Shown here piece after piece: positions 11,001 through 23,559 of a stretch of 64,000 bases of DNA. The notes under the pieces are model-generated. The model saw only the letters and a program-made list of their open reading frames with translations. It was not told the DNA's origin and did no database searches. The DNA comes from Chlorokybus atmophyticus (taxonomy: Eukaryota; Plantae; Mesostigma and Chlorokybus algae). A program made the position numbers and the translations under genes. Positions within the stretch are counted from its first letter, which is position 1, and every line of letters begins with the position of its first letter. The DNA lies in assembly GCA_009103225.1 (NCBI GenBank), contig RHPI01001567.1, positions 1-64,000 of the forward strand, given 5' to 3'.

Positions 11001-12821
11001 AATGAGTAGTAATTTGGCTGATTGACCTTACTTGCTTCTCTGCAATGGTCACGCGGTCTTCAATGCATGCCACCTGCTATCGCTGCTGTGAATGCCTTCA
11101 CCAGTAATATGTTTTGTATATGCTAAGAGACTGTCAACAAGCTGCGTGCACTAGCTGCCTTGCTGTGTATTGCTGTTTGTTGATGGTGCCAGTGCATATG
11201 GTCTAACTGCGGAACTTCAGTAGGCCTCCCGCAAATTAACAGCCAACCGTCCATGTGGACGGTATCACTACCAATGGAATGGCAGCCAGATTTCACCCAA
11301 GGCAACAGTCAGGTGGACAACCGAATGTCGTTGTTGCCAGCGCCAACATTGCCGCGACAGCTCCACTGCAATTCCATAGACAGCCGACTGTCAACATGGC
11401 TGGCACCGGCAGTGCGAGAAAAACTCCACTCAACGTCAGTCTGATCCACAGCGGACTGTCAGTATGGCTGGCACCGGCGGCGCTGCCCCCTCTCAGCAAC
11501 CATGGCAACAACCAGACCTGCAAGAGCTTATTAACATGCTTACTGACGGCTTGCATGCACTGACAAGTGATGAAGAGGATGTTGAAGAACCCGAGCAGCA
11601 AGAAATCTCTTAGAAGATTTGCTCTTGCCTGAGGTGCCATGGCAAGGTGTGCACTAATCATGTTGCTCATGCTCACTCAATATAGTGTGCACGGTTGTTG
11701 GACATGCACTGAGGCTGTCCATGCAACTATCATGTCCGCCCACTGCTATGCGCACAACGTTGTGAACCATACTTCGGTCGACATCCCATTTCTTTTTGCA
11801 GTTGATTGACTTGGAGACTGCCATGGCCCACATGCGACTAGACACGGCGGTGCAAGAAAGTATGCACCCACCGCCAATGCCTTCAGCACAATGCGCTACC
11901 CCTCAGCCAGGCATTTCTTGCCAACAACAAACCTCAAAGACACCTACGTAAAAGATGCTGGATAAGTTTATGGCACTGCTGACAGACTAAGAGGACTCTC
12001 ATGCCCAGCAATCACTGATGTGTGTGAAATATGGTAGATGTTTTTCGGCGCTGAGGAAACAATCAATCAGCTTGCCAAGCATTTTGCTTATGACCACAGT
12101 CAGCTGCGAAATGACCTCCTCCACGCCTTGCTCGGCCAGCGCAACCCCTCCCAGTCGGCTTACATCACGGCAGTCAGTGCATTGCCGACTTCCATCGGAA
12201 TGGCAGAGACACAAAAATACACAGCATGCACGCGATGTAATTATCTCTTTTCAGATGCTTACCCATCCGCAGTCAATGACAGAGAGGACATCTACGAGGC
12301 AGATGACAATCGCCACAAGCGTGTGAAGCGCTTGTGGAAACAGCCGTGCGGAGGCCAATGCGGGTGCACGCGCAAGGAGTGCATTAACTTTCTGTACACA
12401 CCCATTGGTCCAAGGCTCGGTCCGTGGCTGCAAGTACCTTCCATCGCATATGACAACCTTGCTGCTTGGCGAGGCAAAAACACCTGGCTCGACGTGCCAG
12501 CTAACCAGCCCTCAGTGCCTCAATGGGAAGATTGGCATGGCAGCAAGTGGAGAGAGCTGTCTTCTTTCTAGGGCTGCACAAAGACTGCACAAAGACCATT
12601 CCTCTGCTAAACAAATGCGATTGTGGACACTACAATTATAATATTGACATGTCCCAGCACAGGGAAGGTTATCAGAAATGGCATTGCGAATGCTCTTATG
12701 ACAATGAAGAGGCTGCGCAGCAGTGTACTGCGGACCCGCGCAACGTTGCGCTTATGCTGCACAGTGATGGTTTCAGCTGCGCATCCACTACAAAACGGAG
12801 CAGCCTTGTCATCAACGTTGT

Positions 12822-13506
12822 TGTAACGATGCTCGTGCTCACATACACAGCACACAAGTCATACAACACATGTGTGCACACTGAGCACAGTCTTCACACC
12901 GGAACCTTGCCTTCCCTCGCGCATACGCATGCGTTAAGCGCGCACACGCACACGAACACTACTACTTCTCACACCAAGCAAGAACGCAGCAGTGTGCCTT
13001 GAATCATGCCTCTCTCAATCATACACCAGTATACTCACAGCAGAGAGCAGAAAGCAAAGCAAAGTTGGTTGTATTATACAGGGTTTTCCTATTTATACCA
13101 GCACCAAAACTAAGCAGGTTTATAACCAGGCATTTTGTTACCAAATTTAAAGGACTGTATAAGTGCAGGCTGCTGCCCCTCGCGTTGGGTACCTTTCAGG
13201 CGGCAGCTGACTGTGCACTCCGCGTCGTAAGGTACTGCACAGCAGGTAGCTGACTGCGAAGTCCACGTCACCTAGCACAGTCTAGTCAGGTGTGACGTCA
13301 CATGCCGCAGCAGTCACGTCGCTATTGGCTCGGCGGCAAGCACGTTGCAGGTTGGCAGCTGCTGGCGAAGGCGAAGTCGCGCGCTGCAGTAGAGCCGGCG
13401 CCAGAAGGGCCCAATAAAGCCTTACAAAACCCTTTATTAAGCCAGAACAGGGTAAAACACATATTATACATGCACTAAAATATGGAAAAGGGTCCAGGCT
13501 GTTACA
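12822..13506 (-). repeat. 3' LTR (685 bp)
   Basis: Near-identical to 18329-19005; TG...CA ends; TATAAATAGG on the minus strand (~13068-13077). Confidence 0.97.
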
Positions 13507-13517
13507 CCCCTTCCACC
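13507..13517 (-). promoter_or_regulatory. Polypurine tract
   Basis: GGTGGAAGGGG directly precedes the 3' LTR on the minus strand. Confidence 0.85.
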
Positions 13518-13519
13518 CT

Positions 13520-16500
13520 GGGGAAGTTTCGCCCTTGAAGCAGACGCGTGCCTCCCTTGGCCTTGTACTCCTGCAAAATCTGTTCGGCGTTGGTGAAACT
13601 CTCCTCGGGTTCGTACGTTGCCTCGTGCATGGGATAGCCGCGCCACTCTACCAAATACTTGCGCACACCTCCCACTCAGCTTGGCCCTCACGAACCAAAA
13701 CCGGAGGCGGGCGAGGTGGCGGCTCCCCCTTGTAAGCTTTAAGGAGCGAGACATGAAACACGGGGTGCACGTGCATGGTATCGGGCAGCTCTAGCTTGTA
13801 CGCTACCTCTGAGATGACCTTAATTACATTGAAAGGCCCCAACCATCGCTCAATCAGCTTGCGCACACCTGTGACCAGCTGCACATGCTTCATAGAGAGC
13901 ATCACACGATCACCCTCCGAAAAGATAACATGCTTGCGATGCGCATCGGCGTTGCTTTTGCCTGTTTTGTGCCATAATTAGAGCCTCACGAGCTGCCTTG
14001 GTAATGTCTGCACACCTCACTAGAAAGCCATCCACGGCCTCCACGTTGGAGCTTTGCATGCTAGGCACCCACGCCGTCAATGGCGTCAAAGGATGTTGCC
14101 CGTAGTTCATGAGGAAAGGTGTCACGCCCGTGCTTGCACTTTTGTTGTTGTTGATGGTGAACTCGGTCAGCTCCAGCATGTCTCCCCAATTATCTTTACG
14201 GCTGTTCACATAGCACCGTAACATGCCCTCGATTACGCGGTTGGCGCGCTCAGTTTGGCCGTCCATTTCGGGGTGGTACGCGGTGCTGAACTTCAAGCTC
14301 GTGCTTGGAGCTGAGTGGAGAGCTGTCCAAAAGTTGCCAGTAAACCGCGGGTCTCTGTCACTTACAATACTCCTTGGAAGGCTATGAGACCGCACCTTAT
14401 GATGGATGAACAACTTGGCAGCCTCAGGAGCCGTGCAAGTCTCCGTACATGGCGCCAATCGCACCATTTTGCTGGTCTTGTCCACAAACACCAAGATAGC
14501 ATCATTCCCTTCGCGTGTTCGTGGCAGCCCCGTAATGAAGTCGAGAGTAACTCGCTCCCACTTCGTCAAAGGTATCGGCAATGGTTGGAGCAGCCCGCTG
14601 GTGCGTTGATTGCTCGCCTTCACCCTTTGACAAGTGTCGCACAATGCCACATAGTCTTTAACATCACGATGCATCTCCGACCAGAAAAATCTCTGTTTCA
14701 ACAAGGCCAACGTCCATACCAGCCCTTGATGACCAGCCATTGGCACGTCATGCGCTTCTCGCATCAATGCTACGCGCATATGCGCAATGTTGGGTATGTA
14801 CATGCGATCGGCATGCCATAGCAGCCCCTCCTTCAATGCCCAGAGGCCACTATGCTCAGACCCATTCTCCAGCGCCTTGATAGTCTTGTCACCTACCGCG
14901 TCCTCGTGCAACAAGGCTCGGATCTGATCCAACCACGCGGGCTGCACTTGCACCACCGTTTCGAGCGCATTGAGTTGGCGACTCAACGCGTCCGCCACCT
15001 TTTTTGAAGAGCCGAGCTTGTACTTCACTTCAAAGTCAAGAAGTTGGAAGAACTCAAGCCAACGAGCTTGCCGACGCGAGAGATGAGGCTGGGTTTGAAG
15101 GTACCTCAATGGCGAGTGGTCCGTTTCAAGTTTAAAGCGCTTGCCTTCAAGGAAACAACGCCATTGCCGTAGTGCTGGCACCTGCGCCAACAATTCCTTC
15201 TCATGAACGGGGTAATTGAGCTCAGATCCGCTCATCTTGCTGAAATAGGCCACCGATTGCAAGCCGTTGCCGTAATCTTGCTGCAAAACTGCCTCAATGG
15301 CCTTGTCGGACGCATCGCACGCCACCACGAAGGGCAATTGCATGTTGGGATGCAGCAGCACGGGAGCCGTTGTTAGGGCCGCTTTCAAGTCAAAAAATGC
15401 CTTTGTTGCAACCTCCAACCAGCTCCAAGACACCCCCTTTCTTAGCAACGCCGTCAATGGTGCCACCAAGTGCGAGAAGCCCTTCGCAAACTTGCGATAG
15501 TAGCCGGCAAGCCCTAGGAACGACATGATTCCCTTCACGTCCTTCGGAGTAGCCCAATTGCGCATCGCGGCAATTTTGTTCGGGTCCGCCTTAATTCCTT
15601 GCTTGGATGCAATGTGGCCAAGGTACTTTACCTCCTCAAGCAAGAAGCGGCACTTGTTGAGCTGAGCAAACAACTTGTGTAGACGTAAACGCTGCATCAC
15701 CTTGCGTAGCAACACTATGTGCTCCCTCTTGCTCTTCGTATACACAAGGATGTCGTCGAGGTACACTAGCACACCCTTGCCGATCAGATCAACAAAGACT
15801 CGTTCATCAAGGTTTGAAAGGTTGCCGGAGCGTTTGTCATGCCAAAGGACATCACCAACCACTGGTAGTGGCCGTAGCGAGTGTTGAAAGCCGTTTTCTC
15901 AACGTCTTCAGGTGCAACACGGATCTGGTGGTAGCCACCAGCTAGGTCCAAGCTTGAAAAGAACTCGGCACCCTCAAGCTGCTCCAACAACTCATCAATG
16001 CGTGGCAAAGGGAACACACATTCTTCTTGGTGATGTTGTTGAGTGGCCGATAGTCGATGCACATACGCAAGGCTCCGCTCTTCTTATGTACAAATAGGTT
16101 AGGTGCACGGTAAGGAGACTTGCTGTGCCAGATGTACCCACGTTGTAGAAGGTCCTTGACCTGGTTCCTCGCCTCTTCGAGCTCAGCCGGAGATAATTTG
16201 TACACCGGTCTATACGGCGGCTTGTGCACGCCCTCTATCAGTCTCCACACGGTGATCAACACTTCGCGTGGGTGGTAGAACAGCTGGTAGCCCATCCACC
16301 ATGACGTCTTTGAACTCCTTAAGCAACTTCTGCACCTCGGGGTCCTCCGAACTCTCCGAAACAGTGCTGACCAGCTCCAAGTCCGACTTGGGAGGTGTCT
16401 CACGCACCATGCACAGCCATGCATCCTTCACATCGTTCTCGGACCAGATCTGCTCCATCTCGTTCTTAAAAACTCGTGACACCAGCTCCGGAACCTCTCC

Positions 16501-17220
16501 CCTTGAGCTAGAAGCATGTTGTGATGCAGCTTGCTGGCGCGCCTTTGTGTCGTGCGCGTCACGCGTATGCAGCACATTGCTAGCAGCCTCGACGCAGCTG
16601 ACACGCTCTTGAACCACACACTTGCCTTGCATTGAAGCATTGAAGCACACTGAAACCTCACCACCGGCTTCCGGGGCATCGAGCACGCGCTTCCTCCAAT
16701 CAACGGCGGTATTATGTGTCCAAAGCCAAGGCAGCCCCAAAATGCCATCAAAGCCATTGTTCGGCTCGATGCAGCAAAAGCGTAGGCGATCCTTCATCAT
16801 CCCCACGTGCATGTTAAGCTCTTTGCTTTGCTTAGAAGCTCCTCCTACTGGCGCATAGCCGTCCGCTAGAGCCACCGAGCCAGCATTTACCCATAACAGC
16901 CACTTGTGCCGACGCGCAACCTCACGACTCATAAAGTTGCTGTTCGCGCCGCAATCCACTAGCATCTTACACTCCATCCAAGGCCCATTGCCCTCCCGGA
17001 TCAGAGCCATGATTCCAAACAGCTGCTTCGCCTTGTCGGGCACACGAACCATACCGCTTTGCGTTGCCGTTGCGCACATGCCGCCAACCGTCAACAATGC
17101 TTCCACGCCGCCAACCGTCAACAATGCTTCCACGCCAGCCGCTGGACCTTCAACATCATAGTAAGGCTGCATCACCACCCCAGCAGAAGCCTCTTCAGCT
17201 ACTGAGGTTAGCCGTTTCCC
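13520..17220 (-). pseudogene. pol: pol: aspartic protease, RT, RNase H, integrase, chromodomain; frameshifted
   Basis: MLVDCGANSNF (PR); [29 protein letters not shown] (RT); VACDASD, ETDHSPL (RH); HDVPMAGH..C..C, TLDFITGL, SDRDPRF, DGQTERAN (INT); WLGPF; YLVEWRGYPMHEATYEPEESF (chromo). Split over four or more frames. Confidence 0.93.
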
Positions 17221-18248
17221 GGCTGTAACATACCCTCCTCCACCATATTCACGCGTCCACCGCCGCGAGCGTTGCGGGCATGTGCAGCAGACTTTGCTTT
17301 GAAGATGGGGCAGCTAGAGCACACATGATCAGCGGAAGAGCACTCCCAACACTTCCGAACTGCCTTGGAATCTTCTCAACCCCTTGTCCCCTTCTTGGAG
17401 ACATGGAGAGCACCCAACTCCATTAAAATTGGCCCCGAGCCAGCCCCATGAGCTGCTACAGCTCCCGAACCAGCCCCAACAAATGCGTACGAGCGATACA
17501 AACCTCCACGAGACTGATTGAAGTGTCCACGATCAGCGTATTTGGCAGTCCCCTTGAAGTACAACACGTCCGTACGCTCGGCAATGCGAATGGCCTCCGC
17601 GAGAGTCTTCGCGTCACGAAGCTCAACTTCCTTGCGACAAAGAGTCTTCAACCCGCGCGTGTAGCGGTCTAGCTGCTCCTCAGTTAAGTTGGGTACGGAG
17701 AGCACAAGACGCTGAAATGCAGAGGTATAGGCCATCACGGACTGCGATTGCACAAGCGTAGAGAGCTGGTCGCGTGCCGTCTTCACACTCTCCACTGGTA
17801 CGAATTGTTTCTTCACCACAGCAGCCAACTCAGCCACGGTAGTGAAAGGAACCTCAAGACCAGCTTCCACACGAGCACAACGATGATGCCATCACACAAG
17901 TGCAGCTCCCTGAAAGAAAGTAGCAGCCACATCGACATGGAGATGTATGGGGACCTCGGTGAGCTTCAACCATGTCGAAACAGCAAAGACCCACTCCTCG
18001 ACACAGTCACCGTCCCTTTTACCCTTGAATGACTTTGGTTTTGGTAGCTTCACATGACGAGAGGCTGATGGAGCAACCACAGGAGCTGTAACGGACACGG
18101 ACGCGCGAGCTTGCGCCATGGCTTGTTGAAATTGTGCCGCTTGAGCTTGGGCAGATGCTTGGACACAGTGCAGCACCTTATGAACAACCACCAGCACTTG
18201 CTGAAACTCCGCAACACGTGCATCATCCATGGTAGCGTCCATAAACAA
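17208..18248 (-). pseudogene. gag: gag with CCHC zinc knuckle; two premature TGA stops
   Basis: KLPKPKSFKG, AALV*WHH, ARDQLSTLVQSQSV, YTRGLK, CWECSSADHVCSSC; stops at 17892 and 17376; ends QPGNG*. Confidence 0.9.
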
Positions 18249-18315
18249 AAAATTACCTCACACACCAAAGACATAGTCAATATCCCCTTAAACAAGAAAG
18301 CCAACCGCTCAAAGG

Positions 18316-18327
18316 GCTCCGATACCA
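18316..18327 (-). promoter_or_regulatory. Primer-binding site, tRNA-iMet type
   Basis: TGGTATCGGAGC lies 1 nt inside the 5' LTR; the canonical plant form is TGGTATCAGAGC. Confidence 0.88.
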
Positions 18328-18328
18328 C

Positions 18329-19005
18329 TGTAACAATGCTCGTGCTCACATACACAGCACACAAGTCATACAACACATGTGTGCACACTGAGCACAGTCT
18401 TCACACTGGAACCTTGCCTTCCCTCGCGCATACGCATGCGTTGAGCGCGCACACGCACACGAACACTACTACTTCTCACACCAAGCAAGAACGCAGCAGT
18501 GTGCCTTGGATCACGCCTCTCTTAAGCATACACCAGTATACTCACAGCAGAGAGCAGAAAGCAAAGTTGGTTGTATTACACAGGGTTTTCCTATTTATAC
18601 CAGCACCAAAACTAAGCAGATTAATAACCAGGCATTTTGTTACCAAATCTAAAGGACTGTATAAGTGCAGGCTGCTGCCCCTCGCGTTGGGTACCTTTCA
18701 TGCGGCAGCTGACTGTGCACTCCGCGTCGTAAGGTACTGCACAGCAGGTAGATGACTGCGAAGTCCGCGTCACCTAGCACAGTCTAGTTCGGTGTGACGT
18801 CACATGCCGCAGCAGTCACGTCGCTATTGGCTCGGCGGCAAGCACGTCGCAGGTTGGCAGCTGCTGGCGAAGGCGAAGTCGCGCGCTGCAGTAGAGCCAA
18901 CGCCAGAAGGGCCCAATAAAGCCTTACAAAACCCTTTATTAAGCCAGAAAAGGGTAAAACACATATACATGCACTAAAATATGGAAAAGGGTCCAGGCTG
19001 TTACA
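18329..19005 (-). repeat. 5' LTR (677 bp)
   Basis: By manual comparison with the other LTR: about 20 substitutions plus 5-bp and 3-bp indels. Confidence 0.97.
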
Positions 19006-22000
19006 GTTGTTGTGCTCAACGGAGGTAAGCGCGTCAGCTCACGGGCTTCTTCCATCATGCCCATGGTATTTGTCCCAATTGACGAGCTATTTGACACTGA
19101 CAAGGACTGTTTAAACCCGTTCATGAAGCCCATGCTGAATGAGTTGGAGGATTTGTACGCCATGGGCTTCCCTACGCACTACGGTTTTGACTCCAGCCAA
19201 GTGGACATCAAGCTCCCACATCGATTGTCCAGTACGCTTGATACATCTGTTCACAAGACTTCGTGGGCAATGCTGTGTCATGAATGTGACTGTCGACATC
19301 GACTGTTAATTAAAAAAAGCATTGTAATGAATCTAGCAGAGTAAGTACATTCCGTTGAGGGCTGTCAAGGACGACTGTCACTATTATGCACTTCATGGGT
19401 TGCCACCTTGTATAGCATCCATTAAGAGCATATAGATTGTCGACAGCGACTGTCAACAGCGACTATCTTTGTGCATTTGTCCACTGTACGCGACATTCCA
19501 TGTTAAAAGGTCGCGATTGTTTCATGCGCGTAGCTTCACACGCGTTGCCCACAAAGCAATGCGTCCTGATGCAACGGGTTTTGCAGGTGAAAAGGCTTTC
19601 CTCGGAGCCATTGTCATGAACATAGCCGGTGACAATCCTGCTCAAAGCGAGATGGGGCAATTCAGGAATGGCGGCTTACGCGGTTGCATTGGCTTGTTGC
19701 CTGCCTGGCAACTCATATCCGGTACTCTACTGTCACCAAAAAAGTCACTTGAGATTCTAGCACTGGCAACGATGTTGTTGAAGAAACTCGAAACAACGGA
19801 ACCGAATTTCACTACGCTAGCAGCCGCTACCACAGTTGCCATCCATTTGCCAAAAGAACTGCAGAAGCCACTTACCAGCTGGCCTATAAAGTTGAAAGCA
19901 CAGAAGATCCCAATCGCAAGAAAGAAAAAGCCAAGAAGTATGGCGACAACGGGCTGTCGCCTTTGTGGAGGCTTTGGCGGATGTACAACTTTGACTCATG
20001 CTAGGACATGGTCTTTGATACCATGCACACGCTAGCCGAAGAACTGGCCAAGAGCTTGACAGCCTGCACTCCAATGGATGGTGGGGACGAGCAGGTCAGC
20101 AAGGCTGAGATTGACAGTCGGCTAACTGTGATGAGAAACGCACGGCCAAAGGAGTTGAGGCATAGTAATCGCTGGCCACATGGCCCCACCAGTGGCCTTG
20201 GAGGGTGGAAGGCGCAGGAGCACCAGCTCTATGTGCAGTTTGCTGCGCCTTATGTGTTCCACAAGCTGCTGAGCGAAGAAAGGAAAGACCTTGTCATGTG
20301 CCTCCACATCATATTTCGCTTGTTTTTTGACATCTCGCGCTGCTTGGGTTGGGATCCCGGCCGTCTAGAGCTCGCTGATGCATTGCTCAGGTACTGGAAG
20401 GTGAACAGTGAGATCTGCTTTGGCACTAACAAGAAGATCATGGAGCACATTGCGGGAACTTGCCACCTGCTCAACAACATCCGTCAACATGGCCACCACG
20501 ATATGTTCTGGTGCTACGCCTTTGAGCGCTATGTGAAGCTGTATGTCAACACCCCATCAAACAGCAAAGACTACGAGATCAGTTTCATGAAGCGATCTGT
20601 CAGGAGATGGTTTTTGCGACTCTTTGGCGTCATGCGTGATGATCAGAGGTCAAGCCTGCTGCTCCACCAAAGAGTCGTCAATGCCCTGTTTGCAATCTGT
20701 AAAACGAAATTCAGCGGGTCCACCAGATATGAGGTGGCTACAATCAGACACGCAGAGGAGATATGGGCTTTTGTGGAAGCATATCCCATATGAGCACACT
20801 CCCAGCACATTAAAGAGAAAGGCATATTGATTGGACGAGGCAGCAGTATGTAGGGAACGACGCCTTGTTCAAACGCATCTGCACACAAGAGAACATTGCC
20901 ATCCACACCAAGTGTGGATGCTGACGAAAAGACCAAGGCTGTTCCCCTACGTGCTGGCTTACAACTTCAGCAACCCAGAGCTGCGATTGCTAGCAGCTGA
21001 TATACCTCTCCATGTATGGCCTGAAACCGTGGATGTGCTGCTTATGAGACATAAGGATGAGAAGAAGTCGGTCTTTGACTTCCGCGTGCTAACTGACCCA
21101 CCAGCACCTGTATCTACTGATCCTCCGCTATGGATCGTTGTTGTTCGACAGCCCCAAGTTGACAATGAAGGCAACATGTTGGTCAACTACCTAAAGCCTG
21201 CTCCTTGACGAGCGAGTGCCCGCCAAGGCCAGCCGCTGTGGGTGGTCAACAAGGACTGTCGCAACCAAAAGGTGTCACCCATTGTGGTCAAGAGGAGGTG
21301 AAGCTGAACTGGCAGCAAGTTGATCACAACAGATGGCAAGAGCAGCCAACAATTGAGGTGGTGCGCATGTTCTATGACAGATATGCCATGTACTACAAGG
21401 CAGGAGAGGTGGCAAAGCTGTTGCTCTGCCATATGCTGCTGCTGCTGCTGCATTGCTGAATGTGCACGTCATTAATGTGCACTACAGATCGACGAGCAAG
21501 TACACAGGTCTTTACAAGTGACCCTTCTTTTCAGCATACAATCTCAAAACTTGATTCACTGTTAATCCACGCTCAATGCGCCTGTCATCAAACTTTTTTG
21601 CTGCTTCCACCCCCCATTCCTCCCATGAGGGACTCCTGTGCATGGCTTGGATCTCGGCAGCCTTTACCTTGATCGCATCCCAAAATGACTTACGTTTACC
21701 GTACGTACGGTGCGTGTCTTGGAGCTTCTGCGCCATGCGGTACATGGGCCACCATCTCGTAAACAACTCGCTAGGCATAATAGTTTTTGCGCGTCCAGTT
21801 GCATAACAGGTGGAGTTGCAGCATCCCCGTTAGTATACTCTTCCCAAGCCTGCGGAATCAGTAGTATTATGTAAGCAGCACCTGTCTTTGGTCATATAGC
21901 CACCCACACTTGTACACATCACCGTGACCACTTGTTTTGCCGTGTGGATTGTGCTGGAATGGTGAAGCTTGTAGCGATCATTTTGCTCGGTTGCTAATGC

Positions 22001-22776
22001 TTCGGTAGCCTCAACACGCTGTGCTCGGTCATGCTGATCTGCTGCGAATGGTGGATGCCGTTGCTGTTGCTGTTGTTGCTGTTGATGTTGCTGCTGCGCG
22101 TTGCCATGCCCACTCATGCCTGCATGGTGCGGATGTTTTCACAATGCATTGCAACACACAACATCAATTCGAGTTTAACATACTGCTATACCTGCGCTGA
22201 ATGCTTCAGCAAAGCGGTTGACTTGTGTGAGCAGAAACGCGAGTAACCTTGCGATGACCTCAGCAGCAACATCCGCTGCCATTGGCACCCGGAGAGACGG
22301 TTTTTGCATACGAGCAAGCACGACTGCAGAAAGTGCTCGCTTGGCAGCACCATTTTCGCGCAGATCACGCAGCAAGGAGCCCAGCTGCAACCCACATTAC
22401 AACTCAGTGCATAGTTGATGACATACAATCAATGTGCGGTGCTTATGTGTGGTGTTACGTGCATGACTGTAACTACCCACGCTTACCAATGGAGGTAAAT
22501 AAGTCATGCGCGCTTCTGTGTGCTCACTCTCAGCGTTTTCGCAAACTCTTGCAATTGCCGCTAATAGGCACGAAACACAACGCTGTTGAAGTACATAATG
22601 CTTGCAGATGTCGTGGTCGGGGGATTCAGTTTGCCACAAGATGGCCACATCCTGCGCGAGCACACGGCGCAACCACTGAAGCAGCTTGAGAAAGTTTTCC
22701 GCAGCTATGTCTTCCAAGCCGCGCTTGACTGCTGCCGAGTCGCGGTTGCGCTGTGCAACAGCATGTTAGGGGGGGN

Positions 22777-23111
<335 letters not shown>

Positions 23112-23559
23112 TGCACATGCTTCGATAGCTCACACCGGCAAGTTGATGCGCTGTACTGACTTGCTTGATAAATTGCAGATGCTCGTCGACCCAAGGCTAA
23201 ATTTGCGCACCCAGCGCGTGTGGTGGCTCCTGCTTGTCAGCATAGCACTATGTCAGCTGTTACTCATAGGCAACTTGTTCAACAACAGGTGATTAACTTA
23301 CCAACATTGCGCGCTTCACGTAATAGCCTCTCGGGTTGGCAGCCTCATAGCCCGCTGCTGCCAGTAGAACTTCAATTGGCAGGTTGCCAAGGTACGAGTG
23401 GGCAATGACATCTTTGGCTTGGTGGGTCATCCGCGATATAGCATATGTGCTGACACCGGCGTTGTCCGTACTTTGCATCCCATTGATGCAGCCTGCGGAG
23501 TTGGATAAGTAGGTCAGATGCGCGGACAAGCCCGCAAGCGCATACGCGCACGCAGGCGG

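Larger units (their letters stand above)
2439..11011 (-). mobile_element. AcademX-like DNA transposon, degenerate, ~8.6 kb
   Basis: Encodes an Academ/DUF6589-type transposase plus an XPG-like domain. Both ends carry GGACCAT-NN-ATGGTCC arrays. Imperfect TIR: TACTGCGTCATCAAACATGG (2439) versus reverse complement TACTAC-TCATT--ACATGG (11011). Flanks AGT/ATT could be a 3-bp TSD with one mismatch. Boundaries are less certain than the coding call. Confidence 0.65.
12822..19005 (-). mobile_element. Full-length Ty3/gypsy chromovirus LTR retrotransposon (6184 bp), degenerate
   Basis: Paired LTRs TGTAAC...GTTACA, TSD GTTGT (12817-12821, 19006-19010), PBS, PPT, and domain order gag-PR-RT-RH-INT-chromodomain. 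Confidence 0.97.
11460..21420 (+). pseudogene. CACTA/EnSpm (Transposase_21-type) transposase gene with introns, interrupted by an LTR retrotransposon
   Basis: Motifs PRNVALMLHSDGF (12737-12772), DCLNPFMKPMLNELEDL, IAGDNPAQ, GLSPLWRL..FD..DMVFDTMH, WKAQE, HLL..IRQHG..WCYAFER. The frame is restored across the TSD (INVVVLNGG). Stops occur at 12569 and ~19983, and an 11-bp duplication causes a frameshift. Element termini were not found. Confidence 0.85.

Noticed and set aside
18111-18755. 214-aa plus-strand ORF, and its twins at 12523-13002 and 12999-13253, as an extra retroelement gene
   Set aside because: It runs through the LTR antisense to gag, has no protein-like motifs and is broken in the other LTR.
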